Positions 18,085-27,591 are shown, counted from the first letter of the stretch. The stretch: 32,000 nt of DNA from Candidatus Aenigmatarchaeota archaeon (GCA_016198755.1 JACQIB010000001.1:1-32000); one strand, 5' to 3'. The notes: generated by a model from the sequence alone, not told the origin. Numbers and translations: made by a program.

Positions 18085-19101
18085 ATGGGAGTGCAGATAG
18101 CTGAGATACTTCCGAAGAAACAGACCTCAATAGAAGAACTAAGGGGTAAAACTTTTGCTGTGGATTCTCTGTTATGGATACATCAGTTCCTTTCAATAAT
18201 CCGCGGACCAGACGGAACTCCTTTAAAAGATTCAAAAGGCAGAATAACTTCCCACTTGTCTGGTATACTTTACAGGAATGCAAAGCTATTGGAAGCTGGG
18301 CTAAAATTGATTTGGGTTTTTGATGGAAAGCCACCGGAATTCAAGTCCAGAACCACAGCAGCTCGTGCTGAGATAAAAGCTGTAGCACATAAAGAGTGGA
18401 AAGAGGCTTTGGAAAGGGGTGATAAAGAAAAAGCAAGATCAGCAGCAATGAGAACTTCTTCTGTAAACGAAGAAATTTTATCCTCTGCAAAGGATCTTAT
18501 TTTGGCAATGGGCATTCCGGTTTTGCAGGCTCCATCAGAAGGTGAAGCTCAATGTTCTGCCCTCTGCTCTTCAGGTTTGGTCTGGAGTGTTGCAAGCCAA
18601 GATTCTGACTCTCTTTTATTTGGAACCCCGCGTTTAGTTAGAAATCTTTCCGTTTCCGGAAAAAGGAAACTTCCGGGAAAACAGGTTTTCGTGGATGTTA
18701 ATCCAGAATTAATAGAGCTGAAAGAGACACTATCGATTTTGGGCCTCACACGAAGCCAGCTGATAACTATGGGACTTCTGGTTGGAACAGATTATAACCC
18801 CGGAGTAATGGGCATTGGACCAAAGAAAGCGCTAAAGCTTGTGAGAGAGGAAAAAACCCTTGAAAATGTTCTGAAAAAAGTGAAGTGGGACGGCTCACCT
18901 GCTGAAGAGCTTTTAAGTTTCTTCCTTAATCCACCAGCTCTTGAAAATCCTAAAATAGAAACTCCAAAACTAAACCCGGAAAGGATAATAAAAATAATGG
19001 TGGATGAGCATGAGTTCTCAGAGGAAAGGATAGAAAAAGTAGTTAAGACTTTAGAAGAACTTAGCAAGCCAAAAGGGTTGAACGCCTTCAGAAAACCCTA
19101 A
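18085..19101 (+). CDS. fen: Flap endonuclease 1
   Basis: FAVDSLLWIHQFL, WVFDGKPPEFKSRT, APSEGEAQC, SQDSDSLLFGTPRLVRNL, LLVGTDYNPGVMGIGPKKALKLV; ATG 18085 preceded by ggaggag. Confidence 0.95.
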   Translation: MGVQIAEILPKKQTSIEELRGKTFAVDSLLWIHQFLSIIRGPDGTPLKDSKGRITSHLSGILYRNAKLLEAGLKLIWVFDGKPPEFKSRTTAARAEIKAVAHKEWKEALERGDKEKARSAAMRTSSVNEEILSSAKDLILAMGIPVLQAPSEGEAQCSALCSSGLVWSVASQDSDSLLFGTPRLVRNLSVSGKRKLPGKQVFVDVNPELIELKETLSILGLTRSQLITMGLLVGTDYNPGVMGIGPKKALKLVREEKTLENVLKKVKWDGSPAEELLSFFLNPPALENPKIETPKLNPERIIKIMVDEHEFSEERIEKVVKTLEELSKPKGLNAFRKP

Positions 19102-19445
19102 CCAACCCTTTCCCCTATCTTTGCTTCCTTCTCGGGCTTTAGCAAAACAACTCCTTTATCAGAATAAATGCCCATTACAAGAACTTCTGAGGAAAAGCCT
19201 GCAATCTCTTTTGCTGGAAAATTAACAACAGCCAAAATTTGTTTTCCAACCAGCTCTTCAGGCTTGTAAAGTTTTGTTATCTGAGCAGAGCTCTGCTTTA
19301 TTCCTAACAACCCAAAATCAATCTTCAGTTTGTATGCAGATTTTGTAGATTTCTCATGCTTCTCAGCACTCACTATTTTGCCAACGCGTATGTCTATCTT
19401 CTGAAAATCCTCTATTGTTACTGATACCATAAACCAACATCTCAC
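19098..19445 (-). CDS. tRNA-binding domain protein (CsaA / MetG C-terminal-like)
   Basis: IEDFQKIDIRVGKIVSAEKHEKSTKSAYKLKIDFG ... VNFPAKEIAGFSSEVLVMG. Confidence 0.85.
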   Translation of the reverse strand: MRCWFMVSVTIEDFQKIDIRVGKIVSAEKHEKSTKSAYKLKIDFGLLGIKQSSAQITKLYKPEELVGKQILAVVNFPAKEIAGFSSEVLVMGIYSDKGVVLLKPEKEAKIGERVG

Positions 19446-19472
19446 ATTTGAATGTTCATAAAGCTTCTTAAT

Positions 19473-19871
19473 CTAAATAAGTTTAAATAACTCTTCTGGT
19501 GTCAATATTTTTATTCCGTTATACTCTCCTATCTTAAGCAAGTGCTTATCATATGTTATTATATATTTGCTCGAAGATGCTATAGCACACTCTATTATTT
19601 TATTATCGTCCGGATCATCTCTTACAATCTTCACCTCTATAACAGGTCTGACAAGTTTCAAGAAAGATAACACCCTTTGCAATATATATAATATCTCTTC
19701 GTCCGAATATTCGAAGTCCCTTTTTAAGACATTTTTATACTCTGATATAATTTCAGAAGAGGAGAAAATATTGACATCATTGTGTATTAGTTTGAATAGA
19801 AGTTTTTGTGCGCTGCTACCTTCCCAGAGGGTAGCAGAAAGTATCACATTAGTGTCGAGGACGACATCCAT
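19473..19871 (-). CDS. PIN-domain toxin (VapC-like)
   Basis: MDVVLDTNVILSATLW...DDPDDNKIIECAIASSSKYIITYDKHLLKI. Confidence 0.9.
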   Translation of the reverse strand: MDVVLDTNVILSATLWEGSSAQKLLFKLIHNDVNIFSSSEIISEYKNVLKRDFEYSDEEILYILQRVLSFLKLVRPVIEVKIVRDDPDDNKIIECAIASSSKYIITYDKHLLKIGEYNGIKILTPEELFKLI

Positions 19872-19874
19872 AAG

Positions 19875-20144
19875 TTACCGTCTCCGGTTTCTTTGCACAA
19901 CGTTATGTATATACGATTCATTCAAACCTCTCTTTTCTAAGCGCCTTCTGCCCTCTCTTGCTATAATCTCCAGTTCCTTTATAAGATTCTCCTTTGAAGG
20001 CGTTTCTATTTTTTTCAAAACAATCATATCTTTGTTTCCAATAACCGCAAACATCGTGCCATCTGTTGCATGTATTTCCCGCCTCACATCTTGAGGTATT
20101 ACAATCTGACCCCTTGAAGACATTTTTGTTGTTTCCACAGGCAT
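19875..20144 (-). CDS. AbrB/SpoVT-fold antitoxin (VapB-like)
   Basis: TTKMSSRGQIVIPQDVRREIHATDGTMFAVIGNKDMIVLKKI; 3 bp before the PIN ORF. Confidence 0.9.
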   Translation of the reverse strand: MPVETTKMSSRGQIVIPQDVRREIHATDGTMFAVIGNKDMIVLKKIETPSKENLIKELEIIAREGRRRLEKRGLNESYIHNVVQRNRRR

Positions 20145-20234
20145 ATTATCACCGTTCTTATTATCTTATTATAGGAAAATCTTATATTTAAAGCTTAGCG
20201 TTACTATAAAAGCAATTTCAGCAAAACATTAACC

Positions 20235-21350
20235 ATGTTCAACTTCGTGCAGGCGCAGAAGTTCAAGGATGCTGTGACTTTTGTGCCAAATAAAACAGAG
20301 CCAATACACAACTGGTTTTATTACAAGGAAGGGTTTTCAAAACAGCTGGCAGACTTCTTTATCAAGCAATTCAATCTTACAAACACTTCTCTCGTTTTCG
20401 ATCCATTTATGGGAACAGGCACAACACTCCTCTCATGCAAACAGCAATCAATATCATCCATTGGAATAGATGTAAATCCACTGCTGGTTTTTGTATCAAA
20501 GGTAAAAACAACTGATTATGATTTAGTATCTTTGGAAGAGATAGTGAAAAAGGCTGGCAGCTGGAAGTTTGAAAGACCAAAGGATATTCCAAAAGACCCA
20601 TTTTACAAGAAAGCTTTTTCCCGCTTTTCACTTGAGGATATGGTTTTTCTCAGGAACAAAATAGGTGAGATAGAAAAACCTGAAGAAAGGGAATTCCTTT
20701 TACTTGCTCTAATAGACAGTGCAGTAAAAGGTTCCTATACATACAAGGATGGAGCTGTGCTGAAAATATTCAAAAATCCGCGTCCGCCTGTCAGGAAGCT
20801 TTTCAAGAACAAAATCCACAGGATGCTAAAAGATTTACAGCGCAATCCTTTGCCTAAGGCAATTGCAAAAGCAGAAGATGGGGATGCGCGTTCTTTGCAG
20901 TTAAAAGATGAAATAGTGGACGCGGTTATAACATCTCCCCCATACTTAAACAAAATAGAATATACAAAAGTTTACAGGCTTGAGAATTCTTTATTGGGTT
21001 TAAACTCCCAGCCTATGCTGCCCTCGCATATAGGATCGAAGGCAGAAAGAACAATAGAAGGTTTAGAGAGCCTGCCTATAGCAGCACAAACTTATTTTGC
21101 AGATATGTCTCTTGTTCTGGCAGAGCTGCACAGAGTCTGTAAGCCTTCAGCCCAGCTGGCTGTTGTTGTGGGTGGAGGCTGTTTTCCAACGCAGGCTGTA
21201 AATGCAGATGAAATTTTGGCTTCAACAGCTGAAAAGACTGGCTTTAATGTGGAAAGTATTCTTGTAGCAAGGAACAGCTGGTGCACAAGAGCCAGAACAA
21301 TAAAGGTGGGGCAGATAAGGGAGAGCATTATAATACTCAGGAAGCCCTAA
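20235..21350 (+). CDS. DNA methyltransferase (TSPPY type), apparently orphan
   Basis: VFDPFMGTGTTLLSCKQQSISSIGIDVNP and VDAVITSPPYLNKIEY; no restriction endonuclease recognised nearby. Confidence 0.85.
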   Translation: MFNFVQAQKFKDAVTFVPNKTEPIHNWFYYKEGFSKQLADFFIKQFNLTNTSLVFDPFMGTGTTLLSCKQQSISSIGIDVNPLLVFVSKVKTTDYDLVSLEEIVKKAGSWKFERPKDIPKDPFYKKAFSRFSLEDMVFLRNKIGEIEKPEEREFLLLALIDSAVKGSYTYKDGAVLKIFKNPRPPVRKLFKNKIHRMLKDLQRNPLPKAIAKAEDGDARSLQLKDEIVDAVITSPPYLNKIEYTKVYRLENSLLGLNSQPMLPSHIGSKAERTIEGLESLPIAAQTYFADMSLVLAELHRVCKPSAQLAVVVGGGCFPTQAVNADEILASTAEKTGFNVESILVARNSWCTRARTIKVGQIRESIIILRKP

Positions 21351-21412
21351 AATACAATACTGTTATACTCCCATAGAGATAACTATTTAACCCCCCTTCC
21401 AATACTATTTTC

Positions 21413-22573
21413 ATGAAATACCTTGCTGCAGCCCTTGCTTTAGTAATTTTAGCAGCAGGCTGCACAGGCCAGAGCTTTGGAGTAGATTCTTTAGTAAAGC
21501 AAACACCAGCAGTAAAAAACTTTCTTGCAGACTACCCGAATGCAAAGTTAACTACAAACCTTCTGAACAACCAAACAGTAGCTGCACAGTTAGATAAAAT
21601 AAGGAAAGATTGCGACAATGAGGATTTTCAGGTTAGTAGCTATTATAAAACAGTTCTGACAGATTCTGACTCAAATACAAAATTAACTCTCTGGACAGAT
21701 TCTACAACCTTCGAGGTTGTTTGTGTTATAAAAGAAGGTCTGGGTACAAAATCCACACTCCCGCCAGCAACCCTTCTAAAGTCTGATGGCAATGATTGTT
21801 CTTCCAATCCTGAATGTATAAGCGGATACTGCTTAAACAAGATTTGTTCAACTCCAGGAGCAATTCCAACCACAACTCTAGCAACAACTACAACCACAAC
21901 TAGCACAACCACTGTACCAACAACTACTATTGGAACAACAACCACTGCAAATACTACTACAACAGTGAATGCTACAGTCAATACAGCAACAACCATTTTT
22001 AACGCAACAACAACATCAGCCGGGCAAACAACCACTACATCTCAAGGTCAAACAACAACCACGGCAACAACAACCACTCAGGCAACAACAACCACAGCCA
22101 TGTCATGCCCAACCACAACCACAACGCAGAGCTCATCAACAACACTGTCTCATGGATATTATTACGGGGATTTAGCTATAGATTCATCCCATATATGGAT
22201 AGAGCCAAATTGCCAAGGATGTGGAAATTCCGTGAAAGTTATTGCTGGAGTAAAAAATCTCGGGACAGATTCAGCAGGCGGCAGCATAAACTCTTATCTC
22301 ACAGGAGCTTCATGCCCTTCAAATCCTCAGGCAATAGAATTTGGCAATCTCGCAGCAGCTAGCCAGCACCCAGATATTGATTTTGAAGATAAAACACGAT
22401 ATGTGAATAACGGATGGGTATTTAACTATAATTCTTTGCCTGATGGATTGTACACAGTTCAGATAACTATAATAGGCTCTTCTGATCCTGCAATGGGATC
22501 TCCAGATGTTGACAGTTCAAACAATATTGTCACGAAAACATTCAGGATACCATGTGTTTCCGGTAGTTGTTAA
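21413..22573 (+). CDS. Lipoprotein with Thr-rich linker and CARDB-like C-terminal domain
   Basis: LALVILAAGCTGQ lipobox; Cys-rich CSSNPECISGYCLNKIC; about 100-aa TTTT(A/S) linker; IWIEPNCQGCGNSVKVIAGVKNLGTDSAGG ... SSNNIVTKTF. Confidence 0.75.
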   Translation: MKYLAAALALVILAAGCTGQSFGVDSLVKQTPAVKNFLADYPNAKLTTNLLNNQTVAAQLDKIRKDCDNEDFQVSSYYKTVLTDSDSNTKLTLWTDSTTFEVVCVIKEGLGTKSTLPPATLLKSDGNDCSSNPECISGYCLNKICSTPGAIPTTTLATTTTTTSTTTVPTTTIGTTTTANTTTTVNATVNTATTIFNATTTSAGQTTTTSQGQTTTTATTTTQATTTTAMSCPTTTTTQSSSTTLSHGYYYGDLAIDSSHIWIEPNCQGCGNSVKVIAGVKNLGTDSAGGSINSYLTGASCPSNPQAIEFGNLAAASQHPDIDFEDKTRYVNNGWVFNYNSLPDGLYTVQITIIGSSDPAMGSPDVDSSNNIVTKTFRIPCVSGSC

Positions 22574-22580
22574 TTTTTTA

Positions 22581-23237
22581 TTAAACACTTCCCTCTGAAA
22601 ACCCATATTCTCCCAGCAATGGAACGAAAGCAAATCTTCCTAAAAACTTCCTTTCAAATTTATTCTTTTCAACTCTTTTAATCAAAATCATTTCCTGTGA
22701 AACCATGTCACCAACAGGGGCAATAGCAAACCCGCCTATTTTTAACTGTTCCAGAAGCGGGCCAGGCACGAAGCGGACAGCAGCAGTAACAATAATCCTG
22801 TCAAATGGAGCTTTATCTTTTAATCCCAGAGAGCCATCTCCCTCAATAACCTCTATGTTCTTTGCTCCAATTCTGTTCAAGTTGTCTTTAGCAATTCTTA
22901 TAAGTGCTTTCAGTCGTTCAGTTGTATAGATTTTCCCTTTCTCCCCAACCAAAACCCCTAAAATAGCAGACTGCCAGCCACTTCCCGTCCCTACCTCGAG
23001 AACATTTTGCCCTTTCTCTACTTTTAATGCTTCTGTCATTAAAACAACAGTAGAAGGCTGGGAAACAGTCTGCCCAAATCCTATATGCACAGGTTCATCT
23101 AAATAGGCATCCTCTTTCCTATCCTCAGGCACAAAAAGCCCTCTTGGGCATTTCCTTATTGCCTCTTCCAGAGGTTTGCTTTTCAAAAATCCATGCTTTT
23201 TAATCTCTCCTATTAGCCTTTCCAACCCCTCACTCAT
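22581..23237 (-). CDS. pcm: Protein-L-isoaspartate O-methyltransferase
   Basis: AYLDEPVHIGFGQTVSQPSTVVLMTEAL ... VLEVGTGSGWQSAIL. Confidence 0.95.
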   Translation of the reverse strand: MSEGLERLIGEIKKHGFLKSKPLEEAIRKCPRGLFVPEDRKEDAYLDEPVHIGFGQTVSQPSTVVLMTEALKVEKGQNVLEVGTGSGWQSAILGVLVGEKGKIYTTERLKALIRIAKDNLNRIGAKNIEVIEGDGSLGLKDKAPFDRIIVTAAVRFVPGPLLEQLKIGGFAIAPVGDMVSQEMILIKRVEKNKFERKFLGRFAFVPLLGEYGFSEGSV

Positions 23238-23297
23238 ACCTTCTCTATCTGATAGCAGTTTTATAAGCCTTCCTGCAGAATACTCTTTGCGATATTC

Positions 23298-23672
23298 ATG
23301 GACCAGCCACAGCCTGCAAAGAGTAAATGGGGATTCAAGTTTCCTACACTTACAAAGAAAGATAAGATAGGCATAGTCCTTTTGCTTATTTTTCTTATTC
23401 TTATCAATATTCCAGCTTATTTTTCTACTGGTAAATGCGAGGTTGCAAGAGCAGGTTTCAAGTGCGCAAAGTTTACTGATGTACTAAAGGAAAACTGTGA
23501 AGTCTGGGCAAACTATAGCTGTAACACAGCAGCAGATGTTTCCTTCCCTTCTGTGGAATGGTATATTGGAAACATGTGCAGGCTTCAAAGCCAAAACCAT
23601 GGCGGTATTACTTGTACAAACCTGAAAGAAACCTGCAATTCTATTTTGCAAAAGCAGGCCTGCTCAGCCTAA
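23298..23672 (+). CDS. Hypothetical single-TM, cysteine-rich protein
   Basis: ORF with one TM helix (IGIVLLLIFLILINIPAYF) and 8 cysteines outside it. Confidence 0.6.
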   Translation: MDQPQPAKSKWGFKFPTLTKKDKIGIVLLLIFLILINIPAYFSTGKCEVARAGFKCAKFTDVLKENCEVWANYSCNTAADVSFPSVEWYIGNMCRLQSQNHGGITCTNLKETCNSILQKQACSA

Positions 23673-24007
23673 CGCCCTGCAACTTTTTCTCCCGTTTCTA
23701 GATCAATAGCGCGAAAAGCTGCAGCAGGACACGAGTCACACATGCATTTTGCTTCGTTCCTCACATCCCTCACATTTTCATCAACAATAACCTCAAAAAT
23801 GCCAGGTTCAGTTTCCTTTCCCCCTATAAGGTCTACCTTGTTGTCAGCTTGGTTTAGAACAACCAAATGTGGAGCTATAGGTGTGCAAACATCAGCTCCA
23901 ACACATTTGTTTCTATTGTAAAGGATTTTGTACTTTCTGGGTTTTGTATCCTTATCTTTGGTAGCCAATATCGTTGAATCGAATATAGCAGGTTTTTTCT
24001 CAAACAT
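23669..24007 (-). CDS. Ferredoxin-like protein
   Basis: NKCVGADVCTPIAPHLVVL ... CMCDSCPAAAFRAIDLETGEKV. Confidence 0.75.
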   Translation of the reverse strand: MFEKKPAIFDSTILATKDKDTKPRKYKILYNRNKCVGADVCTPIAPHLVVLNQADNKVDLIGGKETEPGIFEVIVDENVRDVRNEAKCMCDSCPAAAFRAIDLETGEKVAGR

Positions 24008-24047
24008 AAACTAATCTTTGCCTGCCACACTTATAAATATAACACTG

Positions 24048-24491
24048 TTATAAAACTTTAAGCCCTCCCAACAAATCAGTTGAGTGTCCATCAGCCTTAA
24101 CATCAGAATCCACATAAACCACTTTTCCATTCTTTACAACAAAAGTAACTCTTTTAGCAGCTATCAGCGCAGGCACACCAAAAGCTTTGCAGATTTTCTT
24201 TTCCTTATCAGAGAGCAGTGGAAAATTCAGCTTATACTTTTCCACAAACTTTTTATGGCTCTCAACAGAATCTGTGCTGACCCCGAAAACTTTTACTCCT
24301 AATTTTTTAAATTGCTCAATATCGTTCCTAAATCCGCAAGCCTCTCTAGTACAGCCTGGCGTGTTATCACGCGGGTAAAAGTAAACAATTGTTGTTCCTT
24401 TGAAATCTAATTTCTGCAGTTTTCCCTCTTGATCAAAAGCTTCCAAAGGATTTACATCCTCACCTTCCTTTAGCATACAAAAACTAGGCAT
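24048..24491 (-). CDS. Peroxiredoxin (Bcp/PrxQ type)
   Basis: VYFYPRDNTPGCTREACGFRNDIEQFKKLGVKVFGVSTDSVESHKKF. Confidence 0.95.
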   Translation of the reverse strand: MPSFCMLKEGEDVNPLEAFDQEGKLQKLDFKGTTIVYFYPRDNTPGCTREACGFRNDIEQFKKLGVKVFGVSTDSVESHKKFVEKYKLNFPLLSDKEKKICKAFGVPALIAAKRVTFVVKNGKVVYVDSDVKADGHSTDLLGGLKVL

Positions 24492-24529
24492 TTACTAAAT
24501 TTAAATGTAAAATAACATTAATATCTTCC

Positions 24530-25330
24530 ATGAAATTGCTCTGTTTCAATCCACACAATGACGATACAATTATCGGGGCCGGTGGGACTGTAATAAAGCT
24601 CCTGAGAAAAGGCTGGAAAATAGGGTATGTTTACATAACAGACGGGAGGTATGGAAGCGATATTTTAACCCCGGAAGAAACAGAAAAAATAAGGGCAGAA
24701 GAAGCAAAAAAAGAGAGGAAAATTTTAGGCATAGAAAATTTCTGGAATATGGAAATAGAAGATGGAACACTGGAAAAGTTATCAGCAGGTGAGATAGAAA
24801 GTCTAGAAAAGAAAATCCTAACTATTATATCAGATTTCAGTCCAGACTTCATCCTTATCCCCTCCCTCTCCGAGCTCCATCCAGACCATAGATCAACTCA
24901 CAATATAGTTTACAATCTTGTAAAATCCAATAAGCTCGAGATTCCTGTACTAAAGTATCTTGTATGGTCACTTCCGGATTTTTTCAAGAAAAACTATGAC
25001 TTAGCTGAAAAGGCAATAATAGTAAACATAGACAAGGAATTTGAGGACAAAATAAAAATACTAAAGCTCCATTCCTCGCAAGACAGTGAAGGGAGGTATA
25101 CAAAGATAGTATACCATTTTAATTCCTACATCTCTCTCGTTTTTAAAACATACAAAAATCTGGACTTTGATAAAAGCGAGATAATTGGTATTTTTAACCT
25201 ATTGGAAAAAAACAAAGTATCCTTAGAAAATCTCCTAAAAGACCTGGAAAATCCAACAGACGTTACAATAATGTTCCATGGAAGGCAGGAAAAGAAGATA
25301 AAAGCCCAGCTGGGGGATGACTTTGGATAA
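24530..25330 (+). CDS. PIG-L/LmbE-family deacetylase
   Basis: CFNPHNDDTIIGAGGTVIKLLRKGW, PSLSELHPDHRSTHNIVYN (first motif has HNDD rather than HPDD). Confidence 0.88.
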   Translation: MKLLCFNPHNDDTIIGAGGTVIKLLRKGWKIGYVYITDGRYGSDILTPEETEKIRAEEAKKERKILGIENFWNMEIEDGTLEKLSAGEIESLEKKILTIISDFSPDFILIPSLSELHPDHRSTHNIVYNLVKSNKLEIPVLKYLVWSLPDFFKKNYDLAEKAIIVNIDKEFEDKIKILKLHSSQDSEGRYTKIVYHFNSYISLVFKTYKNLDFDKSEIIGIFNLLEKNKVSLENLLKDLENPTDVTIMFHGRQEKKIKAQLGDDFG

Positions 25331-25553
25331 AGAAACTTTTACTAAGTACGCAGCAGAAATATGCATACTTTTGGGTCTTCTCCTTATCCTCTACTTTTCT
25401 TTTGTTTTGGGTTTTGTTCAAGCATTTTCAAACATGTTTTCCCATATTGTAAAGGACTTTACAATCGAACTCTCAGACCACCTGTACATAGCAGGCTGGC
25501 TGCTTCTTATCTATGGATTGTACAAGCTGGCAGGAAAGAGGTTTTTATCCTAA
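25317..25553 (+). CDS. Small membrane protein (78 aa)
   Basis: Two predicted TM helices; start overlaps the end of the PIG-L gene. Confidence 0.65.
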   Translation: MTLDKETFTKYAAEICILLGLLLILYFSFVLGFVQAFSNMFSHIVKDFTIELSDHLYIAGWLLLIYGLYKLAGKRFLS

Positions 25554-25571
25554 CCCTGCCTATATAATAAC

Positions 25572-26789
25572 ATGCCAAAGAAGACTCTTCTTGTAGTTTT
25601 GAGTGGAATAGGGGACGGGTTGGTGGAAGGCAGGGAAACATCTCTTCAGAGAGCTGCAAAGCCAACTTTAGATATTATAGCAAAGAACGGCTACTCTGGT
25701 TTGGTTGAAAACAACCTTCCCAACCCAAGCACAGAGCTTTCCCTATTCTCTCTTTTAGGTTATAATTCAGAATATCCTGGAGACGGGTTGGTAGAAGCTC
25801 TTTCAGTCCACCCAAACCTTATAGAAGGCGATGTTCTTGTACGCGCAAACTTCTGCACCGTGCGCGAACAGATAGGTGAAGTAGCGCAGGGAGAGTTTGA
25901 ACCCAGATTGGTTGTAGAAGAGCCCTGGGCAGGCAGGGAGAAAGAAGGGTTGATTGAGCTTTCAAAATCAATAGAAAACATGCTTATAGACGGAGTAAAG
26001 GTAGAGTTTCATAAAACTCTTGGATACCGTGGGTTTGTTTTAATCAGGAACATAGACGTTAAGCCAAACATAACAGATACATATTCAGAAACAGTTGGTT
26101 CACCAGTAAAAATTGTAAAACCTACAGCTCAGGATTCGGGTTCTGTTAGAACAGCAGCAACCCTGAATAAATGGCTTTTGGAAGTCTGGAAACTGTTAAA
26201 AGACCATCCAGCAAACAGGAACAGGCGCTACCCTGCAAACTTTTTACTTTTAAAAGGCGCATCCACACCAATTCCATTTCCTCCATTTTACCAGAAAACA
26301 GGATTAAAGGGAAATATGGTTTCAGGTTTGCCAAGTCCCAAAGGATTAGCCAAGCTTTTGGGAATGAACGTGACAGAAGTGCATGGTGCAAATGCTAGCA
26401 CAGATACAAACCTGAGGGATAAAACTTTGGCTGCGCTAGATGGCCTACGATTACATAATTTTTCTATCCTACACATTTCCGGCTTTGATCGCTGCAGCCA
26501 TGAAAGGAACCCAAACCTGAAAAGAGCCTTTATAGAGAAAGTTGACAACGAGGTTTTCAGGAGAATAATGGAGTACATAAACCTGAAAACCACAAACTTG
26601 GTTGTTGTTTCAGACCACTGCACTCCTGTTCAGACTGGAGTACACGAAGCAGGCAAATTCCCATTTGCTATTGCAGGTGCAGGAATAAAGCCAAACTCTG
26701 TTTCCAGCTTTAATGAGAACAGCTGCAAAGCAGGTCCGTTGGTTTCCATAGAAAACTTCATGGAAGAAATCCTGAAATTCTCAGGCTAA
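25572..26789 (+). CDS. apgM: 2,3-bisphosphoglycerate-independent phosphoglycerate mutase, archaeal type
   Basis: VVLSGIGDGLVEGRETSLQRAAKPTLD, SLLGYNSEYPGDG, VVVSDHCTPVQTGVHEAGKFPFAIAG. Confidence 0.93.
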   Translation: MPKKTLLVVLSGIGDGLVEGRETSLQRAAKPTLDIIAKNGYSGLVENNLPNPSTELSLFSLLGYNSEYPGDGLVEALSVHPNLIEGDVLVRANFCTVREQIGEVAQGEFEPRLVVEEPWAGREKEGLIELSKSIENMLIDGVKVEFHKTLGYRGFVLIRNIDVKPNITDTYSETVGSPVKIVKPTAQDSGSVRTAATLNKWLLEVWKLLKDHPANRNRRYPANFLLLKGASTPIPFPPFYQKTGLKGNMVSGLPSPKGLAKLLGMNVTEVHGANASTDTNLRDKTLAALDGLRLHNFSILHISGFDRCSHERNPNLKRAFIEKVDNEVFRRIMEYINLKTTNLVVVSDHCTPVQTGVHEAGKFPFAIAGAGIKPNSVSSFNENSCKAGPLVSIENFMEEILKFSG

Positions 26790-27244
26790 GACTTTTTATC
26801 CAACCACCCTGAAATATAGCCCCTATATTTTTGTTTAATTTTTGCAGGCAAGAAACTATATCCCTTTATAATCTTCCTGCACCCTTTAGAGCCGCACCTG
26901 CATTTCATAGACCACTCGCTGTCTTCAGACATGGCATAATCAAAAGTCAATTCTTCTCCCTTCCTTATATTCACCATAGCAACAATTTTTATGGTTCCTC
27001 TAATCCCGCAATTTGGGTTACATGAGTGGTTGATAAATTTCGAATCATCGCTGATTACCAGCCATTTATTGTTGCCGATCTGTACGCTGTGGTTTTCATC
27101 ATATTTTGATATAAACCTAAAGTCCTCCAAAGAGCGGGCTTTGCCTTCAAAAACTAAAACCACACCATCTTTTTTTATATCATTCTTTGCAAACAGGCCT
27201 TTTCCAAACCTGGATTTTCCCACACAAACATCTTTGTTTATCAT
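26786..27244 (-). CDS. SET-domain protein with post-SET-like Cys motif
   Basis: KSRFGKGLFAKNDIKKDGVV, FINHSCNPNCG, VRKGEELTFDYA-like NIRKGEELTFDYA, then CRCGSKGCRKII. Confidence 0.88.
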   Translation of the reverse strand: MINKDVCVGKSRFGKGLFAKNDIKKDGVVLVFEGKARSLEDFRFISKYDENHSVQIGNNKWLVISDDSKFINHSCNPNCGIRGTIKIVAMVNIRKGEELTFDYAMSEDSEWSMKCRCGSKGCRKIIKGYSFLPAKIKQKYRGYISGWLDKKS

Positions 27245-27301
27245 AACACCAGTTTACCTTATGGTTTTTAATAAGGTTTTGGAAATCGGAGCTTGCGCAA
27301 G

Positions 27302-27312
27302 GTTTAAATACC
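27302..27312. promoter_or_regulatory. TATA-like box ggtttaaatac, near-palindromic
   Basis: Matches the box seen upstream of two other genes in the window; could serve either strand. Confidence 0.45.
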
Positions 27313-27391
27313 TTCGGCTCACAGTAAAATACCTGTAGAAATGGTGGCTTTGTATGTTGAACCAATAAAGTGGCATTGGAAAACTTAACTT

Positions 27392-27413
27392 AGGCTTAAA
27401 AAAGCCTCTTTTT
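27392..27413 (+). terminator. Hairpin AGGCTT-AAAA-AAGCCT followed by CTTTTT
   Basis: Direct reading; intrinsic-terminator-like shape. Confidence 0.4.
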
Positions 27414-27591
27414 CTCGTGGTTCCCCTCAGGAGCTTTGTGCTATAACTGTGGTCCACGGTGTTTTTCCTTGTTGCAGAAATGCAGCATGCTATCATAGTC
27501 CTTAACAGGACTGGCACATACCGTACGTGCCAACAGCCCTCAATGAATTCAAGTAACGCGGCTGAGCCGAAAGGCAATGACATGCCCATGG

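Noticed and set aside
21860-22130. Repetitive acaacaacc tract as a possible CRISPR or satellite
   Set aside because: In-frame Thr/Ala/Ser codon repetition inside a lipoprotein ORF; no constant repeat-spacer structure.
27341-27388. 15-codon ORF MVALYVEPIKWHWKT before the terminator-like hairpin
   Set aside because: Too short and with no supporting SD; kept only as part of the possible sRNA unit, not as a coding call.
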